Of a stretch of 64,000 bases of DNA, positions 27,302 to 41,177 are shown one piece after another. The DNA comes from Eledone cirrhosa (lineage: Eukaryota). The stretch's first letter is position 1. The number at the start of each line of letters is the position of its first letter. The stretch covers positions 62,001 through 126,000 of the forward strand of contig CAXHJY010001389.1 in NCBI GenBank assembly GCA_964016885.1, read 5' to 3'. Below the pieces are notes generated by a model. That model did not search any database. It was not told the origin of the DNA and saw nothing but the letters and a program-made list of their open reading frames with translations. The translations under genes and the position numbers were made by a program.

Positions 27302-28846
27302 GTGAGTAACAAAATGTTGGATAGTACTGCACTATTGTTGAATAGTAGTTTAGGATTTGTTCTTGTTTGTTCAATGCCCCGAATTGTTATTGTTTTCATG
27401 ACTGAATAATAATAATATTATAATAATATTATTAATATTCAGTTGATTTGCAAGCAAACAGCCTCATAACACCATGTGTGTTTTCTAGATGACTGACATC
27501 ATCCTTTAGTTTCACCAGTAACAGAGAGAAAACAGTTGACAATTGTTTTGGAGTTATTGCCCCTTAACAACACTATATATCCCATCGTCACAGCTACTCA
27601 CTGGAACTGCTAAGAATACATAGTACTCTCAAAGTTATACATCGGCTGAGTAGCATAATTTGCATACTAAGTGATTTTACAGCCAGCTTTACCAAAAATT
27701 AAAAACAAAATTTGTTTTCACTCTAATGTAATGGATAGCTAAACGAACCAAATATTAATAATATCATTATAGTATAATTCTTATTCACTCATTAATATGT
27801 TTAGGTATCCACCATGTTAGAGCAAAAACAGGTAAAACAATATAATATAGAATTATTAACAACTCAATAATTTTTTTCAACTATTTTCTAAAATATTTTG
27901 TTTTGAGTTATCACATCAGGTTTGGTATTGAAATATCTTTGAAGAAATTTTATCATGTTTACACTTGTTAATTGTTGTTATGATAATTATAATAGCAATT
28001 AATTATATTTTAAAAACAGATATAGCAGTAGTGTTTTCTTATCATTTTATTTGGGTTTAGTTGTTAGGAGATAAACACTGTCCTTTATTTTAAGCTCAAT
28101 TTCTACTCTAAGTAAAGCTGGAAAATATTGATCGAGAGTTAAAATCAAAATAAAACAAAAAGCCTCTAACTCTTAACTCACCATCTTAAATGTTTTAGTG
28201 TTTAATTTGTTTATGTCTTTCACTTTGTAAAATTTTATAAGTATTCAATAAATTGATGATATACAGAAAGTCTTTATTCTAACCAGTGTTTTCACAGAGT
28301 ATTTAGATACTCATGGTTTCAGATTAACTCTTAAGAAAGATAATGAATTATAGAAGCTTTTTATGTTATAATTTAATTTAGGATTCTATAAATTGGTTAG
28401 TAATTTTCAAGGACCAAAATGATACACTCATCTTAACTGATTAATAACAGTACAGCAATGGTACCTCTAGTTCAAAATAGAAACTTGCTTTATATAAATA
28501 AATAAAAGAACATTCTTAGTAGAATAAATCAACTGAGAGACTTTGACTTGAGGATTCTTCCTTCAATGCATTAGTATTGTTAATAAAATGTTATGGGTAA
28601 TATTTACCCTTTTAAAGGGAATATACATGTTGATAAGCAAGAGTAAGTTATTTGGTGATAAAAAAGATCTATGTTACATTATGAATGGAAAGATCTTACT
28701 TTGTGACATTTAGGTTGATGCTTTAGTAAAAAAGATACTTTTTGTCAGAAAATATGTTTATGAAAGGATGCTGCTTTTCTCAAAACAAACCTTTTTTTTA
28801 GGACTATATTTCTGATGTTTAAATTCATTATTCATGCCTATTACAG

Positions 28847-28913
28847 TGGATCGTTGTTATAACCATGGGAAACCAAATTTGGATTTGGAAATCTCAAACA
28901 AATTAAAATGCGA
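28847..28913 (+). CDS. Exon B (phase 1 to 2): (V)DRCYNHGKPNLDLEISNKLKC
   Basis: Acceptor ctattacAG, donor GTAAGT, 67 nt, phase-compatible with A and C, ends TGC-NN like exons D and F. Confidence 0.78.
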
Positions 28914-28937
28914 GTAAGTAGTTTTTATCATATAATT

Positions 28938-29110
28938 CATCATCATCTCATCATCTCATTTTACGTCCACTTTTCCCTGCTTGCAAGGGTGGGACGGGAA
29001 CTGATTCTGGCTTGATTTCTACAGCTGGATGCCCTTCCTAACACCAACCTCATTTACAGTGAGTGCAGGGTGCTTTTTTGCCGTGGCACCTCCACGACCA
29101 CTTTGCAGTG
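28938..29110 (-). mobile_element. Short, internally deleted RTE 3'-UTR fragment
   Basis: Matches the RTE 3' UTR (CTACAGCTGGATGCCCTTCCTAACACCAACC) with a (CAT)n-like end. Confidence 0.75.
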
Positions 29111-29134
29111 GAATGATAGGGACCCCAGTCCCTA

Positions 29135-29280
29135 TCATCTCATTTCTACAGCTGAGTAAACTGGAGCAATGTGAAATAAAGTGTCTTGCTCAAGGAAACA
29201 ACACATCACCCGGTCTGAGAATTGAACTCACAACCTTTCGATTGCAAGGCCAATGCTCTAACCACTAAGCCATGTGCCTC
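29135..29280 (-). mobile_element. tRNA-derived CORE-like SINE
   Basis: The reverse strand reads GGCACATGGCTTAGTGGTTAGAGCA (A-box), GAGTTCAATTC (B-box) and CCTTGAGCAAGACACTTTATTTCAC (CORE-like). Confidence 0.78.
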
Positions 29281-30239
29281 CAATTACATTGATATATTTA
29301 ATGAGAAACATATTAAGAGAAATATTCCTTAGTAAAACGTGTCAAACATTTTGGTGGGTTTAGTTGTCAAACAAATGTATTTTATTTTTAAAAATGAAAC
29401 ATAACTTCTCAACACATTAACTTTTAATGTCCTGTACCACATGAAACCACATTAGCAAGATTTTTTTGAGAAGTACAAAGAAAACAAAAAAAGAGGACTC
29501 TCACTGCATCACATTAAATATTAAGTCTTTATTCTGACACTGCATATTTTCACAATGATTTACCCACTAATAATGATACTATAGAATTAACAGACAATTT
29601 TTAGATATTTTCTGCTAAACAATTGCTGGATGTTAAAATTTGATGGTAGAATAATGTATCAAGCAAGGTTTTAGAGAAATTAACTATGATCCATAATTAA
29701 TTTAAATATAACATACTTTCTAGTGATCAATAAATAAACCACTAATCATCTTTGCTGCATTGAGGACCTATCTAAAGCAGTGGAGAAAGTTGTATGGTGT
29801 TTGTTACAACCTGTCACATAATTTGAAATAAGTATGGACTGTGTTGTAGAAAATACAAGTTGAGCAATTTTTTTTTATTGTGGTCAGAGCAAGAAGTGTC
29901 AAAACTAGATTTGTCAGCTTACTAAACTTATCATCATCATCACCATCATCATTATTGTTTAACATCTGCTTTCTCTTCTAGCAAACTGTAATATATTTGG
30001 GAGAATGGGACACATAATTGGCAGAAGAGGGCACACATTGTTGAGTTAGCCTAGGGTGCTAAATACTAGCCCTGGTTTTTATTCAAGCAAGTTAATTAAC
30101 TTTCCTCTGCTCAGTCTATCTAATTGGTAGAAGTAGCACAAAGAGACACAGTGGAATCTCTATACAATGGATAACTGTTTCTTTGATGATTGTTCATGGA
30201 TACCTGTTTCTTTAGATGCTTGTTCTGTCAGCTCTAACA

Positions 30240-30680
30240 ATAAGTGTTTCAGTTGTTTAACAAAGGGAATGGTTTGTTCATAAAATTAACATGTCCTTTG
30301 TGCATGAATTATAGGGTCATAGTGTCAAGTCTTGTTCAGTTTATGATATTGTTGAACCAGGGTTTTCTTTTTCTGCTTTTCTTCAACCCCTTCAACTGTG
30401 CCCTGGAAAATGGTTATAGACAGAGTGTGATGACAGGATATATGTGTGTACCAGGAGAGCTTTGGTTGTTTCACTGTCATAAGAGTGTTTCTTGCTTTCC
30501 AGTATATTTAGTGACTTGCTGCCTGACAAAGCTATATGTCTTGTGCTTTGTATGTGGGATACATAGCAGGTTTCTGAAGCATTTGAAATTAAATGCCTGG
30601 GTTCTTCATTCCATGTCAGTTGTAAGTGTTCAGGTTTTGTCCCCATAGAAAAGGATGAAAATCACTAGGTGCTTATACAG
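30240..30680 (-). mobile_element. Old degenerate RTE-type LINE fragment
   Basis: The minus strand reads YGDKT*TLTTDME*RTQAFNFKCFRNLLCIPHTKHKT, resembling the RTE C-terminal region. Confidence 0.6.
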
Positions 30681-30713
30681 TTTAAAGTTATTTAATTCAT
30701 AATGTGAATGCTA

Positions 30714-31020
30714 ATAGCTTAGTGGTTAGGGTGTTTGTCCCATGATTGTAAGGTTATGTGTTCAATTCCCAGCTGTGACTTGTGTCTTTGAGCAAAGCAC
30801 TTTATCTCACTATACTCCAATTTATTCAACTGTAAAAAATGAGTTGTATCTGTAATTAAAAGTGTCAGTCTTGTTAGTCTTGTCACACTGAATCATCTTG
30901 AGAATTACATTCATTTTGCACAAGTTTGTAGAATGTTCAGCAATTTTCATGTTACTTTCATGAGTTGACTGTTCTGTTAGTCAAACAAATGGAACATTCA
31001 TCATAGAGACTGTCAAAAGT
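30714..31020 (+). mobile_element. tRNA-derived CORE-like SINE
   Basis: AGCTTAGTGGTTAGGG, GTGTTCAATTCC and CTTTGAGCAAAGCACTTTATCTCAC; same family as 29135-29280. Confidence 0.7.
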
Positions 31021-31156
31021 CTAACAGAATGTATTTAATTTACAGTACATAAAAATATTGATAACTTCAGTTGGAGCAAGTATATGCTTGACATTCATCA
31101 GTTGCTGAGAGATGAAAAGCAGATACAATCCTGGGGAAATTTTGGAGATGACATTA

Positions 31157-34100
31157 AGTACTGTCTATCATATCTACCATAGTACTTCACTTTCTATCAT
31201 ATCTACCATAGTACTTCACTGTCTATCATAGTACTTCACTTTCTATCATATCTACCATAGTACTTCACTGTCTATCATATCTACCATAGTACTTCACTGT
31301 CTATCATAGTACTTCACTTTCTATCATATCTACCATAGTACTTCACTTTCTATCATATCTACCATAGTACTTCACTGTCTATCATAGTACTTCACTTTCT
31401 ATCATATCTACCATAGTACTTCACTGTCTATCATAGTACTTCACTTTCTATCATATATACCATAGTACTTCACTGTCTATCATATCTACCATAGTACTTC
31501 ACTGTCTATCATATCTACCATAGTACTTCACTGTCTATCATAGTACTTCACTTTATATCATATCTACCATAGTACTTCACTGTCTATCATATCTACCATA
31601 GTACTTCACTGTCTATCATATCTACCATAGTACTTCACTGTCTATCATATCTACCATAGTACTTCACTTTATATCATATCTACCATAGTACTTCACTGTC
31701 TATCATATCTACCACAATACTTCACTTTCTATCATATCTAGCATAGTACTTCATTGTCTATCATATCTACCATAGTACTTCACTTTCTATCATATCTACC
31801 ATAGTACTTCACTGTCTATCATATCTACCATAGTACTTCACTGTCTATCATAGTACTTCACTTTATATCATATCTACCATAGTACTTCACTGTCTATCAT
31901 ATCTACCATAGTACTTCACTGTCTATCATATCTACCATAGTACTTCACTTTATATCATATCTACCATAGTACTTCACTGTCTATCATATCTACCACAATA
32001 CTTCACTTTCTATCATATCTACCATAGTACTTCATTGTCTATCATATCTACCATAGTACTTCACTTTCTATCATATCTACCATACTACTTCACTGTCTAT
32101 CATATCTACCACAGTACTTCACTTTATATCATATCTACCATAGTACTTCACTGTCTATCATATCTACCATAGTACTTCACTTTCTATCATATCTACCATA
32201 GTACTTCACTTTCTACCATATCTACCATAGTACTTCACTTTCTACCATATCTACCATAGTACTTCACTGTCTATCATATCTACCATAGTACTTCACTGTC
32301 TATCATATCTACCATAGGACTTCACATTCTATCAAATCTACCATAGTACTTCATTCTCTATCATATCTACCATAGTACTTCACTGTCTATCATATCTACC
32401 ATAGTACTTCACTTTCAATCATATCTACCATGGTACTTCATTGTCTATCATATCTACCATAGTACTTCGCTTTCTATCATATCTACCATAGTACTTCACA
32501 TTCTATCATATCTACCATAGTACTTCACTGTGGATCATATCTACCATAGTACTTCACATTCTATCATATCTACCATAGTACTTCACATTCTATCATATCT
32601 ACCATAGTACTTCACTTTCTATCATATCTACCATAGTACTTCACATTCTATCACATCTACTATAGTACTTCACTTTATATCATATCTACCATAGTACTTC
32701 ACATTCTATCATATCTACCACAGTACTTCACTGTCTATCATATCTACCATAGTACTTCATTGTCTATCAAATGTACCATAGTACTTCACTTTCTATCATA
32801 TCTACCATAGTACTTCACATTCTATCATATCTACCATAGTACTTCACATTCTATCATATCTACCATAGTAGTTCACTTTCTATCATATCTACCATAGTAC
32901 TTCACATTCTATCATATCTACCATAGTACTTCACTTTATATCATATCTACCATAGTACTTTACATTCTATCATATCTACCATAGTACTTCACTGTCTATC
33001 ATATCTACCATAGTACTTCACATTCTATCATATCTACCATAGTACTTCACATTCTATCATATCTACCATAGTACTTCACATTCTATCATATCTACCGCAG
33101 TACTTCACTGTCTATCATATCTACCATAGGACTTCACTGTCTATCATATCTACCATAGTACATCATTGTCTATTATATCTACGATAGTACTTCACTTTCT
33201 ATCATATCTACCATAGTACATCACATTCTGTCATATCTACCATAGTACTTCACATTCTATCATATCTACCATAGTACTTCACTGTCTATCATATCTACCA
33301 TAGTGCTTCACATTCTATTATATCTACCATAGTACTTCACTTTCTATCATATCTACCATAGTACTTCACATTCTATCACATCTACCATAGTACTTCACTT
33401 TATATCATATCTACCATAGTTCTTCACTGTCTATCATATCTACCATAGTACTTCACATTCTATCATATCTACCATAGTACTTCACATTCTATCATATCTA
33501 CCATAGTACTTCACATTCTATCATATCTACCGCAGTACTTCACTGTCTATCATATCTACCATAGGACTTCACTGTCTATCATATCTACCATAGTACATCA
33601 TTGTCTATTATATCTACGATAGTACTTCACTTTCTATCATATCTACCATAGTACATCACATTCTGTCATATCTACCATAGTACTTCACATTCTATCATAT
33701 CTACCATAGTACTTCACTGTCTATCATATCTACCATAGTGCTTCACATTCTATTATATCTACCATAGTACTTCACTTTCTATCATATCTACCATAGTACT
33801 TCACATTCTATCACATCTACCATAGTACTTCACTTTATATCATATCTACCATAGTACTTCACTGTCTATCATATCTACCATAGTACTTCACATTCTATCA
33901 TATCTACCATAGTACTTCACATTCTATCATATCTACCATAGTACTTCACATTCTATCACATCTACCATAGTACTTCACTTTATATCATATCTACCATAGT
34001 ACTTCACTGTCTATCATATCTACCATAGTACTTCATTGTCTATCAAATCTACCATAGTACTTCACTTTCTATCATATCTACCATAGTACTTCACATTCTA

Positions 34101-37100
34101 TCATATCTACCATAGTACTTCACATTCTATCATATCTACCATAGTACTTCACATTCTATAATATCTACCATAGTACTTCACTTTCTATCATATCTACCAT
34201 AGTACTTCACATTCTATCATATCTACCATAGTACTTCACTTTATATTATATCTACCATAGTACTTTACATTCTATCATATCAACCATAGTACTTCACTGT
34301 CTATCATATCTACCATAGTACTTCACATTCTATCATATCTACCACAGTACTTCACTGTCTATCATATCTACCATAATACTTCACATTCTATCATATCTAC
34401 CATAGTACTTCACTGTCTATCATATCTACCATAGTACTTCACTGTCTATCATATCTACCATAGTACTTCATTGTCTATCATATCTACCATAGTACTTCAC
34501 TTTATATCATATCTACCATAGTACTTCACATTCTATTATATCTACCATAGTACATCACATTCTGTCATATCTACCATAGCACTTTACATTCTATCATATC
34601 TACCACAGTACTTCACTGTCTATCATATCTACCATAGTACTTCACTGTCTATCATATCTACCATAATACTTCACTTTCTATCATATCTACCACAGTACTT
34701 CACTTTCTATCATATCTACCACAGTACTTCACTGTCTATCATATCTACCATAGTACTTCACATTCTATCATATCTACCATAGTACTTCACATTCTATCAT
34801 ATCTACCATAGTACTTCACTTTCTATCATATCTACCATAGTACTTCACATTCTATCATATCTACCATAGTACTTCACTTTCTATCATATCTACCATAGTA
34901 CTTCATTGTCTCTCATATCTACCATAGTACTTCATTGTCTATTATATCTACCATAGTACTTCACATTCTATTATACCTACCACAGTACTTCACTTACTAT
35001 CATATCTACCATAGTACTTCACTTTCTATCATATCTACCATAGTACTTCACTTTCTACCATATCTACCATAGTACTTCACATTCTATCATATCTACCATA
35101 GTACTTCACATTCTATCATATCTACCATAGTACTTCACTTTCTATCATATCTACCATAGTACTTCATTTTCTATCATATCTACCATAGGACTTCACTGTC
35201 TATCATATCTACCATAGTACTTCACATTCTATCATATCTACCATAGTACTTCACTGTCTATCATATCTACCACAGTACTTCACTTTCTATCATATCTACC
35301 ATAGTACTTCACATTCTATCATATCTACCATAGTACTTCACTGTCTATCATATCTACCACAGTACTTCACTTTCTATCATATTTACCATAGTACTTCACA
35401 TTCTACCATATCTACCATAGTGCTTTACGTTCTATCATATCTACCATAGGACTTCACATTCTATCATATCTACCACAGTACTTCACTGTCTATCATATCT
35501 ACCATAGTACTTCACTTTCTATCATATCTATCATAGTACTTCACTGTCTATCATATCTACCATAGGACTTGACTCTCTAACATATCTACCATAGTACTTT
35601 ACTTTCTATTATATCTATCATAGTACTTCACATTTTATCATATCTACCATAGTACTTTACATTCTATCATATCTACCATAGTACTTCATTGTCTATTATA
35701 TCTACCATAGTACTTCACATTCTATTATACCTACCACAGTACTTCACTTACTATCATATCTACCATAGTACTTCACTTTCTATCATATCTACCATAGTAC
35801 TTCACTTTCTACCATATCTACCATAGTACTTCACATTCTATCATATCTACCATAGTACTTCACATTCTATCATATCTACCATAGTACTTCACTTTCTATC
35901 ATATCTACCATAGTACTTCATTTTCTATCATATCTACCATAGGACTTCACTGTCTATCATATCTACCATAGTACTTCACATTCTATCATATCTACCATAG
36001 TACTTCACTGTCTATCATATCTACCACAGTACTTCACTTTCTATCATATCTACCATAGTACTTCACATTCTATCATATCTACCATAGTACTTCACTGTCT
36101 ATCATATCTACCACAGTACTTCACTTTCTATCATATTTACCATAGTACTTCACATTCTACCATATCTACCATAGTGCTTTACGTTCTATCATATCTACCA
36201 TAGGACTTCACATTCTATCATATCTACCACAGTACTTCACTGTCTATCATATCTACCATAGTACTTCACTTTCTATCATATCTATCATAGTACTTCACTG
36301 TCTATCATATCTACCATAGGACTTGACTCTCTAACATATCTACCATAGTACTTTACTTTCTATTATATCTATCATAGTACTTCACATTTTATCATATCTA
36401 CCATAGTACTTTACATTCTATCATATCTACCATAGTACTTCACATTTTATCAAATCTACCATAGTACTTTATATTCTATCATATCTACCATAGTGCTTCA
36501 CTTTCTATCATATCTACTCTCATTCTCCTCCTGTTGACGCCAACGCACTTAGGATGCCATCCAGTGCAGACAGGCCTCAGAAAGGCTTACGCGCCGGTTC
36601 GACCAGCACCGCCTTGCTTGTTTTCGTGTGGCCTCCAAACCCCACAGTGGTGCCTGGCTCAATGCCCTGCCCTCCTTCGCCACTGGCATGCAGCTAGACA
36701 ACCATAGCCTGCGAATCGGCGTTTACCTGATGCTTGGCCTCCAGATCTGCGAGCCACACCAAAGTCGGTGCGGTTCCACCGTGGACTGTTTCGGGCTCCA
36801 CCCGCTTTCCTGTCGCCACAGTGCCGGCCATATCCCACGCCATACTGCCCTCAACGAGCTCATTAAGCATGGCTTGGACGCTGCAGGATTCTCTTCCCAG
36901 TGCGAGCCAGTGTGGCTGGATCGTGGGGACGGCAAAAGGCCAGATGGCATGACCATCTTCCCGTTCCGCGATGGTAAACCCCTCGTCTGGGATGCCACTC
37001 TCTGCAGCCACAACCTGGTGCAGTCTGCGACTGACCCAGGTTCTGCTGCACGTTGGGCCGAGGGAGCCAAACTCCTCGAATACCGGTCGTTTTCCAACAG

Positions 37101-38826
37101 GTTTGCGGTCGTTCTCCTGGCAGTGGAAACTTCTGGTGTCCTCGGACCCAGGGCTACCTCCTTACTCACCACCATAGGCACTGAGCTGGCCAGCCGTAGG
37201 TGTGAGCCCCGCGAGTTGTCTATCATATCTACCATAGTACTTCACATTCTATCATATCTACCATAGTACTTCACATTCTATGATATCTACCATAGTACTT
37301 CACTTTCTATCATATCTACCACAGTACTTCACATTCTATCATATCTACCATAGTACTTCACATTCTATCATATCTACCATAGTACTTCACTTTCTATCAT
37401 ATCTACCATAGGACTTCACTTTCTATCATATCTACCATAGTACTTCACTTTCTATCATATCTACCATAGTACTTCACATTCTATCATATCTACCATAGTA
37501 CTTCACTTTCTATCATATCTACCACAGTACTTCACTTTCTATCATATCTACCATAGGACTTCAGTTTCTATCATATCTACCATAGTACTTCACTGTCTAT
37601 CATATCTACCATAGTACTTCACTTTCTATCATATCTACCATAGTACTTCACATTCTATCATATCTACCATAGTACTTTACTGTCTATCATATCTACCATA
37701 GTACTTCACTTTCTATCATATCTACCATAGTACTTCACTGTCTATCATATCTACCATAGTACTTCACTGTCTATCATATCTACCATAGTACTTCACTGTC
37801 TATCATATCTACCATAGTACTTCACATTCTATCATATCTACCATAGTACTTCACTGTCTATCATATCTACCATAGTACTTCACATTCTATCATATCTACC
37901 ATAGTGCTTCACATTCTATTATATCTACCATAGTACTTCACTTTCTATCATATCTACCATAGTACTTCACATTCTATCACATCTACCATAGTACTTCACT
38001 TTATATCATATCTACCATAGTACTTCACTTTCTATCATATCTACCATTGTACTTCACTTTCTATCGTATCTACCATAGTACTTCACATTCTATCATATCT
38101 ACCATAGTACTTCACATTCTATCATATCTACCATAGTACTTCACTTTATATCATATCTACCACAGTACTTCACATTTTATCCTATCTACCATAGTACTTC
38201 ACATTCTATCATATCTACCATAGTACTTCATTGTCTATCATATCTACCATAGTACTTCACTGTCTATCATATCTACCATAGTACTTCACATTCTGTCATA
38301 TCTACCATAGGACTTCACTGTCTATCATATCTACCATAGTACTTCACTGTCTATCATATCTACCATAGTACTTCACTGTCTATCATATCTACCACAGTAC
38401 TTCACATTCTATCATATCTACCATAGTACTTCATTGTCTATCATATCTACCATAGTACTTCACTGTCTATCATATCTACCATAGTACTTCACATTCTATC
38501 ATATCTACCATAGTACTTCACTGTCTATCATATCTACCATAGGACTTCACTGTCTATCATATCTACCATAGTACTTCACATTCTATCATATCTACCATAG
38601 TACTTCACTGTCTATCATATCTACCATAGTACTTCACATTCTATCATATCTACCATAGTACTTCACTGTCTATTATATCTACCATAGGACTTCACATTCT
38701 ATCATATCTACCATAATACTTCACATTCTATCATATCTACCATAGTACTTCACATTCTATCATATCTACCATAGTACTTCACATTCTATCATATCTACCA
38801 TAATACTTCACATTCTATCATATCTA
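31157..38826. repeat. 29-bp minisatellite array (CTATCATATCTACCATAGTACTTCAC[TG/TT/AT]T), ~7.0 kb of repeat interrupted at 36518-37216
   Basis: Periodicity read directly; 20-bp deletion variants occur near the 5' end. Confidence 0.97.
36518..37216 (+). mobile_element. CRE-like non-LTR retrotransposon fragment (Zn-knuckle + restriction-like endonuclease region)
   Basis: GC-rich island. ORF 36628-37266 carries PHSGAWLNALP, CGSTVDCFGLHPLSC, RHTALN, RGDGKRPDG, LVWDAT and VETSG, motifs I recognise as the CRE-clade RLE C-terminus. Confidence 0.8.
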
Positions 38827-38886
38827 TTCCTCCTAAAATATGTTAAATTCTTATTTTAATTGCAATATATTGTTATTGTTTTTTAG

Positions 38887-38975
38887 TGAATTGAACCAAT
38901 ATAATAAAACTTTAGTGGAAAACAACTGCAAGATAACACATGACATGAAGGAAAAATATGAGGAATTAAAATGTG
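38887..38975 (+). CDS. Exon C (phase 2 to 1): (D)ELNQYNKTLVENNCKITHDMKEKYEELKC
   Basis: Acceptor ttgttttttAG, donor GTAAGA, 89 nt, open frame (inside track ORF 38840-39061). Confidence 0.82.
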
Positions 38976-39106
38976 GTAAGATTCTTACATCATGTTCAGT
39001 AATTTTATTAGATGGCCGAGAAGTTGGTGTATTCTCACCACCCATATACTCAAAGTTTTAACCTTTGATGTTATTATTTTTGTATTATTTCATAAATGTT
39101 TGATAG

Positions 39107-39320
39107 AGGTTGATTGGCAGAATTGGTAGGGCGTCCGATATAAGATGTAATTATATTATTTGTTCTCGCTTTTTACATTCTGAGTTCAAATCCCGCCACT
39201 GTTAACTTAGCTTTTAATCCTTCTGGTGTCGATAAAATAAAGTACTAATAAAGAACTGGGGTCAATGGGAATACCACCCAGCCCCCACAGATTGCTGGCC
39301 TCATTCCTAAATTAGAAATC
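39107..39320 (+). mobile_element. tRNA-derived SINE (same family as 26859-27042)
   Basis: TTGGCAGAATTGGTAG, GAGTTCAAATCCCGCC, GTCGATAAAATAAAGTAC, TTGCTGGCC...CCTAAATTAGAAA. Confidence 0.78.
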
Positions 39321-39830
39321 CTTATTTTATATAGTTTTCATTCTGCAAATAAAACTCACTTTACAACTATGTTGAAGAAGCATTAATTAGCTTCATTCAG
39401 CTTATATAGCTTTTTACAAATGTACCTTCACCAACACAGCAGCCTGTTTTGCCATAGAATACAGGAAATAATACTATCATCTCAAAATTTAGGTAGAAGG
39501 TGAAGTGGGGAAAAAATAAAATATTACATAGCAAATTTTGAATAAAATCTCTGACTTCTATTTTGACGGTGTCAATAAATAACAATTTGAGCTCATAGAT
39601 CATAGTGAAAACAATTATTAGCATGTTGGAACTAATTACAATATCTAAGTTAGTAGTGTTGACAACTCTTCTGTATGAGTTAAATGTCTTGACTTCAAGA
39701 AGAATATAGAACAATTGAGGGATTTCTTATGGATTCATTACAATTAATATTGGTAAAATAAAGTCCCTAGCTATTATGATTTTAAAAGGATAAAAGCAAT
39801 ACCGAGAGACCTTAAACACTGCCATTTTAA

Positions 39831-40079
39831 CCCTTTCCTTACCATATTTATCATGAAATACACAGTATTTGAATTAAATAATGAAGAATTTGAAGGGATT
39901 TACTGAAATCATTAATTGTTTCATTATTAGGGTGGTATTTGTAACCCAACCTAAAAGAAAAAGGTTTTTACATTAAATAATGTTGAAATGTTATAATTTA
40001 AATGAAAAAAACCCCTTTAAAATGAGGGAATCTGTTTCATACAACCTGAGGCAGTTTGGGCAGGCTGGTATCAAAAGAG
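39831..40079. mobile_element. piggyBac-like MITE
   Basis: TTAA on both sides (39827-39830, 40080-40083); imperfect TIRs CCCTTTCCTTACCA / TGGTATCAAAAGAG. Confidence 0.55.
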
Positions 40080-40603
40080 TTAATAAAGATTAATATTGAT
40101 CTAAGCCCAACATAAAACAACATAATTAATTATTTTTCTGAAATAAACTAAATAGACAAGAAAATGAAATGACACTGGTCATGAGAGTTAGAAAGTTGAG
40201 TAGAAATACTATCTAATATAGACTAATACTAAGTTGAATCTAGTAGGGAAGGCTGTCTCTTCAGAGAGTTTCTGAGGGCTCTACCAAGGAACACATGCAA
40301 TCAAGGCTGGTGATACCATTAAAGCTAACTAACCAGGTTGCAGACTTTAGAGGGGCACATCACTGACCCTTAAAAGGATGACTGTTTAAATTAAATATAT
40401 CAATAAAATATAACACAAGAAAGTGGTGTGTCTAGGAAGTAGTTACATAGTTTAAGACTTCCACCCCTTAAGATAATAATAAAAAAATAGATACAAACCT
40501 TTAGCTTGTTGTTTGACATCACTTTGAATCTGAATGAAATTGTATTGTGGTTCTAAGCATTGTTTTAATTGTTGTAATTTTAATATAATATTCATGCTGA
40601 GAG

Positions 40604-40765
40604 AGGCAAATTGGCAAAATTGTTAGTATGTCAGACAAAATGCTTTGTGACATTTTTTCTGACCCTTAACATTTTGAGTTCAAATCTTGCCTTTCAGAGT
40701 CAATAAAATATTGTACTAGTATTGGTTCAATTAACTTTGATGGTTGTGTGCCTAAATTAGAAATC
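40604..40765 (+). mobile_element. Degenerate SINE (26859 family)
   Basis: TTGGCAAAATTGTTAG, GAGTTCAAATC, GTGCCTAAATTAGAAA. Confidence 0.65.
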
Positions 40766-41028
40766 AATATAATATTCCTGTTATTTTTTGTACTTTTGAG
40801 TTAGCTTTAAACTCGTTTATATTTCTAGTTTAAATAACTTCCTTTCATGTACAACATCAATTCTCTCAGGAATGGTGGATATATCACATTTCAACAATTT
40901 CTGCATATAAATTAGTTCTGGTTATATACCTATGTAAGTAACTATTATTGTAATTATTTCTACAGATACATGATCTGTTTCATAATTATAATTATGGTAT
41001 TTTTATATTCTTTTTACAATAAATACAG

Positions 41029-41098
41029 ATACATTGTGCAATGAAAGAATGTGCGAGTCTGTATCTGTATTTGGAAGTGACAGAAAGGAGGTCTGCGG
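41029..41098 (+). CDS. Exon D (phase 1 to 2): (D)TLCNERMCESVSVFGSDRKEVC
   Basis: T-rich tract then aaatacAG, donor GTGAGT, 70 nt, phase-compatible with C and E. Confidence 0.78.
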
Positions 41099-41177
41099 GT
41101 GAGTATGTTATGGATATTTTAATTATAAGTTGATTTTCAAAGATATATATAGATCGATTGGTTATTGATTAGGCGAA

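Noticed and set aside
38840-39061. Track ORFs 38840-39061 and 52875-53084 as standalone small genes
   Set aside because: They are exons C and G read through into flanking intron sequence; the splice sites explain them better.
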